Origin: Candidatus Woesearchaeota archaeon
GTDB lineage: Archaea > Nanobdellota > Nanobdellia > Woesearchaeales > ARS49
Assembly: GCA_037445145.1 (NCBI GenBank)
Contig: JBBILB010000002.1
Span: 15,137-79,136 of the forward strand
Direction of reading: 5' to 3'
DNA: 64,000 nt
Part shown: positions 1 to 9,564 of the stretch, one piece after another
Layout of the letters: every line of letters begins with the position of its first letter
Numbering within the stretch: position 1 is the stretch's first letter
Translations under genes and position numbers: made by a program
Notes under the pieces: generated by a model
Databases searched by the model: none
What the model was told of the DNA's origin: nothing
The model's input: only the letters and a program-made list of their open reading frames with translations

Positions 1-1
1 C

Positions 2-1951
2 CTCATTACAGAAAAGGCAGTCAAGCCCGTGGAGGAGGAAATAATAGTGCCAGAGGACGTGCGCCCAGTGTATGATTTCGTGCAGGGCTGCATTGATGAA
101 ATCGCGCGCGAAGGAATAGGGCTTTTGGGCCTGCAGGGCGGATTTATCGAACTGCCAGGCATAATCGAGAGGACGCCGACAGCATACATTCCTATTGACA
201 CGTTCAACCAGTTCAAAGTGCCATTGTGGTATTACGAAGGAGAGGACAGGACACCAAGCCTTGGCTTCATGGAGCGCGAAATCTCCAGGCACATCAACAA
301 CCGCTTAAAAGACTGCACCGGTGATTTTGAAGCATTCAAGGAAAGATTCAGGATTGCAGAGCAGGGCAACATAAGCACAAAAACAATAATCGGCGACAAC
401 GAGGTAATCATAAGGGTTTCCTGGCCAATCGCGCTCACTTCAGGGGACAGGACAACAACAATTCATGACTTTGTGATGAGGACCCCTGTAAGGCTCAAGC
501 AGATGTGGGAGCTTGCGAACGCAACAATGGCAAAGGAAAACGAACTTGCAATGTTTGAAAACCTGACAATAGACCTCATGGCTGCTGACAGCGAAAACAT
601 CCCGCTTGACGGCTTCACGCTGGAATGCGGGATAAAAAGATGGAGGATTCCAGAAATACAGGAAAGATTGCAAAAAATAATTTATTACAACATCCCGCTC
701 ACGCGAATCAAAAACACAGACTTCTTCCCGTTCACAGCAAGCAAAGGCACCTACGAGGCTCTGCAAAAGGAGTATGCGCGCATGACAAAAGAGCTCGAGC
801 AGGGAAGGGAAATGAAAGAGCCAAAGACAGCAGCGCCTGATGACGCGTTCGCATACTTCCACCAGTTCTATGACGTGGGCACAAGGCAGACAGACCTCAA
901 AATCGGGTTTGAATACCAGCCTGCGTGGGGAATGCAGTTGAATGCCCAGCCAAGCGAGGGTCCTATGCTCAAGTCAAACGCGGCAAAAGGCGCAGGCAAA
1001 TACCTTGGGTTTTTGTGCATAAACCAATGGCATTTCGCATATGACATAATCTATTACGTCAAGGCATCAATACGCGACGACACTGCATTCAACGGACAGG
1101 GCTTTGTGTTCCAGTTCGCATTCCCAGTCCTGATAAACCAGAATGCACCTGAGCGCGTTGCATTCGGGCTCAGGAGGTTCCAGTCCGTTGACTTTGGGGC
1201 TCCGGAATTCTGCACAACACTCGGAGATAAACTTTCTGAAATCCGCGCAGTCGGCGCAGTGCCAGGAATGCCTGTTCTTATGGAACTGCCAGATGTCCAA
1301 ATCACATACAGGTGCTTTGACCAGGAATGCGAGCTCGGCACGACAACAGCAGAAGGAGGAATTTACAGGCTCTCAACATACCTGCCAAGAGGATGCACAA
1401 ACCCGTTCATAACAGCATCAAAGGAAGGATACCTCACCACAACAACACAAATGAAGGGCGACAGGCTTGACATTGAGCTCAAGAAACTCCAGCCTATGAA
1501 GGTGAAGTTTGTTGTGCACCCATACCACGCACAGACAAAAACATGGGGAACCCCAAGACCCCTTGAAAAGAACGAGCGGGTTTCACTGCACGTAAGCCTT
1601 GTGAACAGGACATTTGACCAATATATAGGCTTCCCGACCACATCTCGCCAAACGGAGTTTGGCGACGAACTTGGGAAGCAACGCTTCCCAAGTAACGAAA
1701 CCCTTGAGCTTGTGCTTGATGACGCGCACTACGACATTGATGCAATACTCTTCCTGCGAGACACACAGACAGGAGGGTATAATGCACAAACACTCAAAAT
1801 ACCTTATGACGCAGTCGCAGGCAAGGAAACAGCAGTAATCCACCTCGTGCAATACTTGCCTACACCACTCACGGATGAACAAAAATTCAATATGGTCTCA
1901 TACATAATGGAGGGAGAATACCGCGATGCATTACAGCCGGAATTTGAATAA
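2..1951 (+). CDS. Large uncharacterised protein, N-terminus lies outside the window
   Basis: The frame is open from nt 2; the listed ORF 29..1951 begins at an internal GTG. It has 640+ codons with the codon usage of the neighbours and scattered Cys. I can name no motif. The 3' end overlaps the next ORF by 26 nt. Confidence 0.6.
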   Translation, partial: LITEKAVKPVEEEIIVPEDVRPVYDFVQGCIDEIAREGIGLLGLQGGFIELPGIIERTPTAYIPIDTFNQFKVPLWYYEGEDRTPSLGFMEREISRHINNRLKDCTGDFEAFKERFRIAEQGNISTKTIIGDNEVIIRVSWPIALTSGDRTTTIHDFVMRTPVRLKQMWELANATMAKENELAMFENLTIDLMAADSENIPLDGFTLECGIKRWRIPEIQERLQKIIYYNIPLTRIKNTDFFPFTASKGTYEALQKEYARMTKELEQGREMKEPKTAAPDDAFAYFHQFYDVGTRQTDLKIGFEYQPAWGMQLNAQPSEGPMLKSNAAKGAGKYLGFLCINQWHFAYDIIYYVKASIRDDTAFNGQGFVFQFAFPVLINQNAPERVAFGLRRFQSVDFGAPEFCTTLGDKLSEIRAVGAVPGMPVLMELPDVQITYRCFDQECELGTTTAEGGIYRLSTYLPRGCTNPFITASKEGYLTTTTQMKGDRLDIELKKLQPMKVKFVVHPYHAQTKTWGTPRPLEKNERVSLHVSLVNRTFDQYIGFPTTSRQTEFGDELGKQRFPSNETLELVLDDAHYDIDAILFLRDTQTGGYNAQTLKIPYDAVAGKETAVIHLVQYLPTPLTDEQKFNMVSYIMEGEYRDALQPEFE

Positions 1952-4900
1952 GCTCGTATCAGCAGCGCTGGCAGTGCTAATAATTATGCTGCCCTTTGCC
2001 AGCGCTGACTTCATGATAACAAGCAGTGCAACAGGCGAAACCACGCTGTCAACACTTGAAATACAGGCAAGCCTGCCCCAGCAGTCACGCACAGGAACAA
2101 TAACAATTGAGGGAACAACAAAGCCGTCAGCGGCAGTGCACGTGTTTGTCAATGACGCGCGCCAAAGGGTCGGCACGGCAAGTGCAGAAGGCACGTTCAA
2201 GTTCGCAGGAATCGTGCTGAAGAAAGGCACCAACACAATCAGGCTTGAGTCGCGCGAAGGGGAAACAACAGCAACAAAGGAATTCACAACAATATTTGAC
2301 CCCGACCCGCCGGTTGTAAAGCTAGACAAGGAACTGCCTGCAGCAACAACCCAGAACAGCATAACAGTTTCTGGCGATGTCAATGAAAAAGTCCGGATAT
2401 TTTGGCGCGCAATCAACCGCCAGGAAAGGAACCCGCCGGAAATCATTGGAGGGCTCAGGGCAAACAAGGTTGAGCCGAACGCAATAGAGCTTGCATGGGA
2501 CCCAAGCACAGACGCAGACACAAAAGAATACCTTATTTTACGCAACGGAAAACGCATAGCCACAACAACTCTGCCAAGCTACCGCGACGAGGCACTGCTG
2601 ACAGGAAAGGAATACGCATACAGCGTTTCAGCGGTTGATGCAAGCTGCAATATCGGTCCTTCAGCAGAAATAACTCTTGCAACAAAGACAGGCGGCTCAA
2701 CAACACCCCTGCCTGCACTTCCAGAAGTAAACCTTTCCTGTGAGCCAGCATACCAAACCATAATTGCAGGAAGCCCATTCTCTCTCACAATTCCGCTTAC
2801 TGCAGGACAAAATGACATTGAAATAATCTTTGAAGACGAAGCAGGAAACAAGGAAGTCATAGAAAAAACAGTTATAATGGACAATGCAGGCCCGAAATTC
2901 CTTGAAACAAACCTTGAGGAACTAAGCCCCTCATACTCCCCTGACATAAGGATAAAGGGCAGGCTTGACGAGCAGGCAACAGTGTTTGTTTACATCAATG
3001 ACGAAAAAACACCAAGCGAGTACGAAGTCACGCTCCCTGACGGCTCGTTTGAAATCAAGACAACGCTAAGGACAGACATACGCATCAAGAAAGGCGCAAC
3101 AAAAACAACAATTGAGGCAGGAGAGGGCTGGGCAAACAAGATACGCCTTGAGGCAGTTGACCTTGCAGGAAACAAGGCAAGCTATGGCCCTGTTGACGTT
3201 GACTTCCTGCTATGTGGAACAGGAACGTGGTGGCAGGCAAACATAGGCGAGGCAATGCCAAACATCCTCTTGCCAAGAATGATGCTGCAAGGCATCCAGC
3301 AGATAGGAATACCATTCAACATAACTTATGTCGGGAATTACAATGTGAAGCTAAGCAGGGTTGACGTGCGCCCAATACCACTCGCAAAACAAGCAGAAGA
3401 CGAGTATGACCACAACTGGGTGCAAGTGCAGGAATACACGCGCGCAAAAGGACCCAAAGACCTGATAGGCTACGTGCAAATACAGTTTGAAAACGTTGAC
3501 CCACTGCCTGACAAGCCAGAAGCAGGACCAAACGAGAAAGAAAGAGCTCTCTCAGGACACCGCAGAGGAGAATGCATTGTCCCCGGAACCGGCTGCATCA
3601 AGCTCTTTTTGCAAATAGAAATCCAGTTCCAGGAAATAGTTGAGCTCAAACCTGCTGACCCGCGAATGCCTGTTGTCACGCCACGCATTGAGCCCAGAGT
3701 CCAGCGCATTTGCATACCCGTAGAGGTCGCGATAGACCAGACAATACCCACGGACATAATACCAAAAGGGCTGATGAAGAACGCTGTCAAGGCAACAGAA
3801 GCGGCAATAAAACTGATTGACAGAATCCTGAAGCCGCTCACAACCATCAGCGAGTACGTGCTTTACGGCTGCATGGCAAGCACAGTCTGGCTATACGTTG
3901 ACTGGGTGCAGGAAAAACTTGCGTGTGAGATAAGCAGCATTGCAAACAAGTTCAGCAAGCCAATAGCAGAAGCAGGGCTTTGCGACGCAGCATACGGAAA
4001 ACAGCAGACAGAAGAACCAGCAGGCGCACTGCAGGCATGCAAGAAGTGCGAAAAGGCAATAGAAGCCAGCAGGAAGTTTGAAACAGAAATAATGCATGGC
4101 ATCTGCGACAGAGTCACGTGCCCAAGCGCTCCAACATTCCAGTCATACATCAAGTCCAAGTGGGGCGATGCAGAACCCCTTGACCTTGACCCCACGCTCG
4201 CGCCAGAATGGGCTGTTGGCAGAAGCGCAGGAGGCGTGGACGGCAAATTGTACGCAGGAAATGACTGCGCATTCACTTACAAAACAACAGACCCCAAAAA
4301 GCCCACAATGGACTACATCAGCACAACATACAAAAGCCCGGCAGGCATGCAGAGCTCTGCAAAAATAAGCATACTTGACCTTTACAAATTCACGAAAGGA
4401 GAAAAGCAGCTTCCAGGACCAACTCTTGAAGACTGCAAAAAAATACTGCGCCCGGCACACCCGAACTGTTGCGGAGTCCAGTACCAGCGCGACTGGAGCT
4501 CTGCCTGCGGCGTGGGAACAACAGTCGGCGGCGAGCTTGACCTGTTTGACGAACTAAAGGAAAGCACGTGCCTTGCAGCACAGCAGGCAAACGCTGACGC
4601 AACAGCCCTCAACTGCAACAGGCTGTGGAATGCAGTTGCGGGCTTCTGCGAAAAAGGGACAGGACAGCCAGGCGGACAGCCAGTAAGCCTTGAAGCAATC
4701 TGGCAGGGACCACTTCCTGCAAGACCGGGCGCAGATGACAACGCAGCATACCTCTTCGTAATACCCGCAGGACAAGTCCAGCCACAAAGCTTTATGGGGC
4801 TCCTGCCAATGGGCGCCACGTCAGCACAATACCGTGTGTTCGCGGGCTATGCAGCAAAAACACCCCAGTTTGAAAAAATGCCTGAAGACGAAATTGGCTT

Positions 4901-7592
4901 CCCAAAAACACAGCAGTTCAGGCTTAATGCAGTAATGACCGCTGCACTTGAAAAAGACGTTTCAGAATGCTTTGGGCTCAAGCCTGCTGTGCGCGCAGAA
5001 GGCTCAAAACAGCCTGAAACACAAACAGAAAAAGAACAGGTTGACTGCCTGTACAAAGCCCTTTGCAAGGAATACCCGGGCCAGTACAAAATACACCCGT
5101 GCGAAAGAGGAAACATACAGAAAGCATATGACGCAGTAAACAACATTGTTGGAACGCCAGAAGACCAATATATTGTAAGACCATACTCAGGACTGCTGAG
5201 GAGCATACAATGCATCTGCCTGCCTGCAGTAATAAGCTACGTGCAAATGTGGCGCAGCATCCTCGGGGCATTCCACGGCTGCTTCACAAAGATACTGCTC
5301 ACAGGCGAGGGAAGCACTGGCTTCTGCTCAGCAGCACTCTCAAGAGTAGTGTGCGATTTGTTCTTTGAAGTCATTTCGTGCTTCACTGAAAAATTCAACT
5401 GGCAAGGCGCTGGCACGCGCATAAGCGGGCTTGGAGAATTCGGAGACATACTTGGCGCAATGACAGGCGCAGGAAGAGAAGTAAGCAAGAGGGTCACAGA
5501 AAGGTATGGTGAAACGTCAATTTACAAGTCATTGTTCAGCGAGCGCAAGCTCGTGCACGCAATATGCACGTGGGCATTCACAGGCACATGGGACCTTAAC
5601 GTACAAGGATTGTTCCAGCAGCAAGTAATGGAAATACCTGTTGACACAATGGGCGCACTAACGACCTGCCAGCGCACTTTCATCTCCTACGACCCCACAA
5701 CATCACCAAGCGGGCTCACCACATGGGCATACCGCATTGCAGGAGGAATGGTTGCAGGCGCTGACGTCAGGTACAGGCTAAAGCTCAAGTGCAGTTCAGG
5801 ATACGCCTGCGACCCAACAGAATATCCTGACGGCAAGTGCGACTGCACAGCACAGGAAAGAATAATCACGGTTTCCCCACCAGAGCTTGGACGCGGGCTT
5901 GCAAGAAAGTTTGAGGTTGTCGACTTTGACGCGCCATTCGCAATAAGCGCCCAAAGCCAGCCTGACAGCGACGTAAGGTATGATACCGCAATCCTTGAAT
6001 GGGAATGGACAGACCCGCAAACAAAAACAGTGCGCGTTGACAAGGCAGAATGCACAATCCGCGAAACACAAGGCGGCAATGCGCCAGCATTCTGCGGGCT
6101 TGACCTGTTCAGCGGAAAGTTCAGATGCCTCTTTGGGGAGCAGGACAGCGCAATAAGCATCAACACAATAACACCATTGTACCCAGAAGGTCAGACAGTG
6201 TTCGCGCTTGGAGACAAGCTCAGCTTCGCCCTAGACATCAAGCAAAGATATCCAGAAGAAAGAAAATACCAGAACCAAGGCAAGAAATTCCTTACTTACG
6301 AGGTCAAGGACGCCTCAGGAAATGTCATTCAGGCACTAATGTCAGACCAAAGCCTAAAGCCGCTAAAGACAAGCATTGACGACGTCACAACACTGCCATA
6401 CACGCTTAGCACGAACGGGGCTTACAGGCAAACTGTCCCACAGGCAGAAAATGACGGCACGCCAATAGCCAGATTCCTGCTCAACCAGGACACGATTACG
6501 CGCCATTCTGCAACAGGGCCCGGAGCAGTACAGATACCGCAGGACATCTGGGGAGTCACCCAAATCAGGAAATACGTACGCTCAATAAGGGTGGATGACA
6601 CGCAAGGAAATGCATCACCAGATACAATGTGGTTCTCAATATACTTCCCAACATACTCCACTGACACGCAAGAGGAGGAAAGCTTCACAATACACCGCAT
6701 AAACCCGCCAAAAGCAGACACAATGCCGCCAAAAGACAGTATTAACGGCTGGAAGCAATACAGGTCAGGACCCCTCACAAAAAACCCTCTCAAGCAAAGC
6801 ATTAACAAGCCGGTGAACACAGTAAGGGTTGATTTGCCAGCAGCAAGGGCCGGCGACAAAAACTATGTGCTGAACATTGAGTTTGATCACATACCAAGGC
6901 TCGCGAACGTAAAAGAACTTGAAATCCTTGCGGGATACAAGCCGACTACACAAGCAGCAGGAGGGGGCGGGGCATGCAATCCGGCAACGCCTGTCTCGTG
7001 GACAATAGCATTTAGTGTCTATGACGCAGACAGGCAGGGCAACCCGACAGAACAAATAAGCACAGACGACCAGGGAGTGCCGCAGCAAAAAACACTCACT
7101 TTCAGCGTGCAGTGCGCAACAAAAGACCAGCTCAAGGCAATGGCTCCGCCAACAGCGCCACAGGCGCTTGTTGAGTCAGTACAGCTCAAACAACTCATTG
7201 AAAACGCAATCACAAAAGAAAACACGTGGAAAACACAAATTGCAGCAGTCAAGCCAGAAACATGGACAAACGACAAGCTTGCTGGTTCTGTCTCAGCGCT
7301 AAAGCAGCAGCTTACACAACTGCTTGCAGACGAAAACGCATTCAAAACACAGCTTGAAAGCCTCATAAAATCAACAGGACGGACAGACATAATGCCAGCG
7401 CGTGAAAACCTGTTTGAAAACCTGAGCAACGACACCCAGAGATGCCTGAATGAGCTTAATAGGGAAAAAATAAATCCCGAACCAATAGGGAAGGACATAT
7501 CCCTCATTAAAGCAGACCTTACTGAACTCATTAAACTCAAGACAGCAACCCTCACAAAGCTCGCGGCGCCTACTGCAGCAGCTGGAACATAA
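1926..7592 (+). CDS. Giant (1,888 aa) secreted/cell-surface protein with signal-anchor, Ig/FN3-like modules, Cys-rich core and C-terminal coiled coil
   Basis: Uninterrupted 5.7-kb ORF. The N-terminus ...KLVSAALAVLIIMLPFASA is hydrophobic. There is an FN3-like stretch (IELAWDPSTDADTKEYLILRNG...YAYSVSAVDASCN). The middle third has many Cys. The tail is Q/K/L-rich and heptad-like (LKQLIENAITKENTWKTQIAAVK...LKQQLTQLLADENAFKTQLESLI). Confidence 0.8.
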   Translation: MHYSRNLNKLVSAALAVLIIMLPFASADFMITSSATGETTLSTLEIQASLPQQSRTGTITIEGTTKPSAAVHVFVNDARQRVGTASAEGTFKFAGIVLKKGTNTIRLESREGETTATKEFTTIFDPDPPVVKLDKELPAATTQNSITVSGDVNEKVRIFWRAINRQERNPPEIIGGLRANKVEPNAIELAWDPSTDADTKEYLILRNGKRIATTTLPSYRDEALLTGKEYAYSVSAVDASCNIGPSAEITLATKTGGSTTPLPALPEVNLSCEPAYQTIIAGSPFSLTIPLTAGQNDIEIIFEDEAGNKEVIEKTVIMDNAGPKFLETNLEELSPSYSPDIRIKGRLDEQATVFVYINDEKTPSEYEVTLPDGSFEIKTTLRTDIRIKKGATKTTIEAGEGWANKIRLEAVDLAGNKASYGPVDVDFLLCGTGTWWQANIGEAMPNILLPRMMLQGIQQIGIPFNITYVGNYNVKLSRVDVRPIPLAKQAEDEYDHNWVQVQEYTRAKGPKDLIGYVQIQFENVDPLPDKPEAGPNEKERALSGHRRGECIVPGTGCIKLFLQIEIQFQEIVELKPADPRMPVVTPRIEPRVQRICIPVEVAIDQTIPTDIIPKGLMKNAVKATEAAIKLIDRILKPLTTISEYVLYGCMASTVWLYVDWVQEKLACEISSIANKFSKPIAEAGLCDAAYGKQQTEEPAGALQACKKCEKAIEASRKFETEIMHGICDRVTCPSAPTFQSYIKSKWGDAEPLDLDPTLAPEWAVGRSAGGVDGKLYAGNDCAFTYKTTDPKKPTMDYISTTYKSPAGMQSSAKISILDLYKFTKGEKQLPGPTLEDCKKILRPAHPNCCGVQYQRDWSSACGVGTTVGGELDLFDELKESTCLAAQQANADATALNCNRLWNAVAGFCEKGTGQPGGQPVSLEAIWQGPLPARPGADDNAAYLFVIPAGQVQPQSFMGLLPMGATSAQYRVFAGYAAKTPQFEKMPEDEIGFPKTQQFRLNAVMTAALEKDVSECFGLKPAVRAEGSKQPETQTEKEQVDCLYKALCKEYPGQYKIHPCERGNIQKAYDAVNNIVGTPEDQYIVRPYSGLLRSIQCICLPAVISYVQMWRSILGAFHGCFTKILLTGEGSTGFCSAALSRVVCDLFFEVISCFTEKFNWQGAGTRISGLGEFGDILGAMTGAGREVSKRVTERYGETSIYKSLFSERKLVHAICTWAFTGTWDLNVQGLFQQQVMEIPVDTMGALTTCQRTFISYDPTTSPSGLTTWAYRIAGGMVAGADVRYRLKLKCSSGYACDPTEYPDGKCDCTAQERIITVSPPELGRGLARKFEVVDFDAPFAISAQSQPDSDVRYDTAILEWEWTDPQTKTVRVDKAECTIRETQGGNAPAFCGLDLFSGKFRCLFGEQDSAISINTITPLYPEGQTVFALGDKLSFALDIKQRYPEERKYQNQGKKFLTYEVKDASGNVIQALMSDQSLKPLKTSIDDVTTLPYTLSTNGAYRQTVPQAENDGTPIARFLLNQDTITRHSATGPGAVQIPQDIWGVTQIRKYVRSIRVDDTQGNASPDTMWFSIYFPTYSTDTQEEESFTIHRINPPKADTMPPKDSINGWKQYRSGPLTKNPLKQSINKPVNTVRVDLPAARAGDKNYVLNIEFDHIPRLANVKELEILAGYKPTTQAAGGGGACNPATPVSWTIAFSVYDADRQGNPTEQISTDDQGVPQQKTLTFSVQCATKDQLKAMAPPTAPQALVESVQLKQLIENAITKENTWKTQIAAVKPETWTNDKLAGSVSALKQQLTQLLADENAFKTQLESLIKSTGRTDIMPARENLFENLSNDTQRCLNELNREKINPEPIGKDISLIKADLTELIKLKTATLTKLAAPTAAAGT

Positions 7593-7919
7593 TGCAAAAG
7601 CGTTGGTGGAGAATGCAGAGCGATTTGCCCGGATGAGGACTATGGACCACTGGACTGCCCAGAAGGACAGCGCTGCTGTGAAACAACAACACCAACAGTA
7701 GCCGAACTTGATGCAAAACCCGCAGGACAACTCCTGATAATCACCAAACCAGACGGTTCTCAGGGCAAATTCAAGAAAATAAACCAAAAATGGGAACAAA
7801 TTGAAGTAAAACCAGCAAACGAAACCGCATTTATCACACCTCCAACAAAATTGACGTTGAGCTCAGCAGAACTAATTGGAATACTAGACTTTGGCTGGAC
7901 ATTACAATTAATTCAGTGA
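7593..7919 (+). other. Start-less 108-codon open frame in phase with the giant ORF, directly after its TAA
   Basis: Hand translation gives CKSVGGECRAICPDEDYGPLDCPEGQRCCETTTPTVAELDAKPAGQLLIITKPDGSQGKFKKINQKWEQIEVKPANETAFITPPTKLTLSSAELIGILDFGWTLQLIQ*. There is no ATG or GTG in frame, and the only TTGs are in the last 22 codons. Codon usage is genome-typical. Confidence 0.4.
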
Positions 7920-7926
7920 TTCAAAA

Positions 7927-8538
7927 ATGGACAAGTGGGAAATAATACTGCTCGGCATTGTGAGCATTGCAGCACTGGTATTAATGATATTTACAGGCTA
8001 CAACTCAATAACAGGCAAATACGTTGAGGACTATGAATATTTTGACGTTGGCTCTGACGTGCTCAAAATGGCACCAAGGAATTACCCGCCACTGCCTGCA
8101 ATAATGCTCTCAAGGGCAAACACCACGCTTGAGCCCCAGCCACCAAAAGAATCCCTGATTCCAAAATTCGTTGAGTTCAGCGTTAACAGGATACAAATAC
8201 CCGAAATCAGCTATTACAACTACCTCACCCTGGACAGGAATAACATTCACACTTATTCAGGAAGGGCAGGATATTATGCGCAAGACCCAACACCATACCT
8301 TCAGGCATACCTGTGCAGTTATGCATACAAAATAATGGGAGCGCCACTGGCATGCGAAAAAGTGGAGCTTTCTTACAAGGACGGCATTGTCAGCTTTGCG
8401 CGCGGATACACCCCTGACACGTACATTGCGGCGCAGGCAGTCGGCACTGCCTTTGCAGCACTCTACGTGCTCGCCAACCCTGAATACGGCATAATAGCCG
8501 CAAGCCCAATTGCATACCTCCGATGGGGTTACGGCTGA
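7927..8538 (+). CDS. Membrane-anchored protein of unknown function
   Basis: 203-aa ORF starting 8 nt after the preceding TGA, with an N-terminal TM helix (WEIILLGIVSIAALVLMIFTG). Confidence 0.6.
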   Translation: MDKWEIILLGIVSIAALVLMIFTGYNSITGKYVEDYEYFDVGSDVLKMAPRNYPPLPAIMLSRANTTLEPQPPKESLIPKFVEFSVNRIQIPEISYYNYLTLDRNNIHTYSGRAGYYAQDPTPYLQAYLCSYAYKIMGAPLACEKVELSYKDGIVSFARGYTPDTYIAAQAVGTAFAALYVLANPEYGIIAASPIAYLRWGYG

Positions 8539-8691
8539 ACCGAAAAATTTCCGCACAAAACGCTTTTTCCGAAAAGAAGTATATCCAAACCGGAAATTCT
8601 TCCAGCCTAAGCGGAAAAAAACACGTTTTTTTAACAAAAAACAATTTAATACAGACCTCTTATTATAATTTATCCCTTGGAAAAAGGGAAT

Positions 8692-8728
8692 GCCCCCTTG
8701 CAGCCCGGGAGGCTCGGGGGCTTTTTTT
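8692..8728 (+). terminator. GC-rich hairpin followed by T7 run
   Basis: GCCCCC (8692-8697) pairs with GGGGGC (8716-8721). An inner stem AGCC/GGCT is present, followed by TTTTTTT at 8722-8728. A second small hairpin TCCCTT-GGAAA-AAGGGA lies just upstream. Confidence 0.4.
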
Positions 8729-8739
8729 GGGCAAAAAAA

Positions 8740-9564
8740 ATGACACAACTCCTCGAACAAATTGTAAGGGAATTGGCAAGACAAAGTCCAGAAGCATCAG
8801 CAATGCAAAAGGCAAAAGCAATCTGCGACTGGATAGTGGAAAACATAGTTTATGATCATGACCGCATAAGAGAAATTGAGGAAAGAAAGGATGATGGCAT
8901 ACCACACCACCCAGAAGTCACGCTTGAAAAAAGAATGGGCGTCTGCAGCGACATGGCAGTGCTATATGTCTCAATAGCAAGAAAAATGGGGCTTAAAGCG
9001 TATTATGCACACGTGACCGTAGACCACAAAGGCAACAATTGCAGCCACGCCTGCGCTGTTGTTGACCTGCCAACAGGAAGAAAGCTTGCAGACCCTGCCT
9101 ATGGCAAGTTTGACATACACCACAAAAAATACACCATATACGAGCCTAAAATGAAGTGGTACGACGGCAGAATTGTGGAGGCAAGCATTCCAATAATGCA
9201 GGCACTAAAGCCTGTTTGGAAGTACGTTGCGTCATTACTTCTGGCTGGAAGCGCTTTCAGCGGGATTGCAAGCCTTGTATCCTGCGACATTGACGATAAA
9301 GGCATCAAGCGGCTTGAGCATGAATGCGGATCAAAATTCATCAGCCAGAACGGCGTCCTGGAGTTCAATTACGACAGAGAAACAGCAAAAATACTAAGGG
9401 AATACATTTTCTTCTGCGAAGCAATGGAAGGAACGCTTAGTGACAAGAGAATTCTCGAGAAGTATCTTGAAGCTGACAAAGACAGAGACAGCCACATCTC
9501 AACATATGAAGCAAACAGCACTCTTCAACTGGCACGAAACGAGTATTACAAGAGAAAGCTTTAG
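8740..9564 (+). CDS. Transglutaminase-like cysteine protease-fold protein with TM segment and an EF-hand-like loop
   Basis: The Cys-His-Asp core context (RMGVCSDMAVLYVSIARKMGLKAYYAHV...CSHACAVVDL...ADPAYG) is typical of transglutaminase-like domains. TM helix VWKYVASLLLAGSAFSGIASLV. DKDRDSHISTYE fits the 12-residue EF-hand loop pattern. I prefer the ATG at 8740 over the listed 8677 start, which would run through the hairpin/T-run. Confidence 0.65.
   Translation: MTQLLEQIVRELARQSPEASAMQKAKAICDWIVENIVYDHDRIREIEERKDDGIPHHPEVTLEKRMGVCSDMAVLYVSIARKMGLKAYYAHVTVDHKGNNCSHACAVVDLPTGRKLADPAYGKFDIHHKKYTIYEPKMKWYDGRIVEASIPIMQALKPVWKYVASLLLAGSAFSGIASLVSCDIDDKGIKRLEHECGSKFISQNGVLEFNYDRETAKILREYIFFCEAMEGTLSDKRILEKYLEADKDRDSHISTYEANSTLQLARNEYYKRKL

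Noticed and set aside
7590-7592. Genome-wide reassignment of TAA as a sense codon
   Set aside because: Highly conserved genes here (aEF-2 at 30806, aEF-1a at 33626 and the upstream ORF at 1951) end at TAA at the expected protein lengths. TAA is therefore a normal stop in this genome, and any readthrough would be local.
8677-8739. Upstream start for the transglutaminase-like gene
   Set aside because: It would translate through a GC hairpin plus T7/A8 runs (MEKGNAPLQPGRLGGFFWAKK). The ATG at 8740 gives a sensible helical N-terminus.
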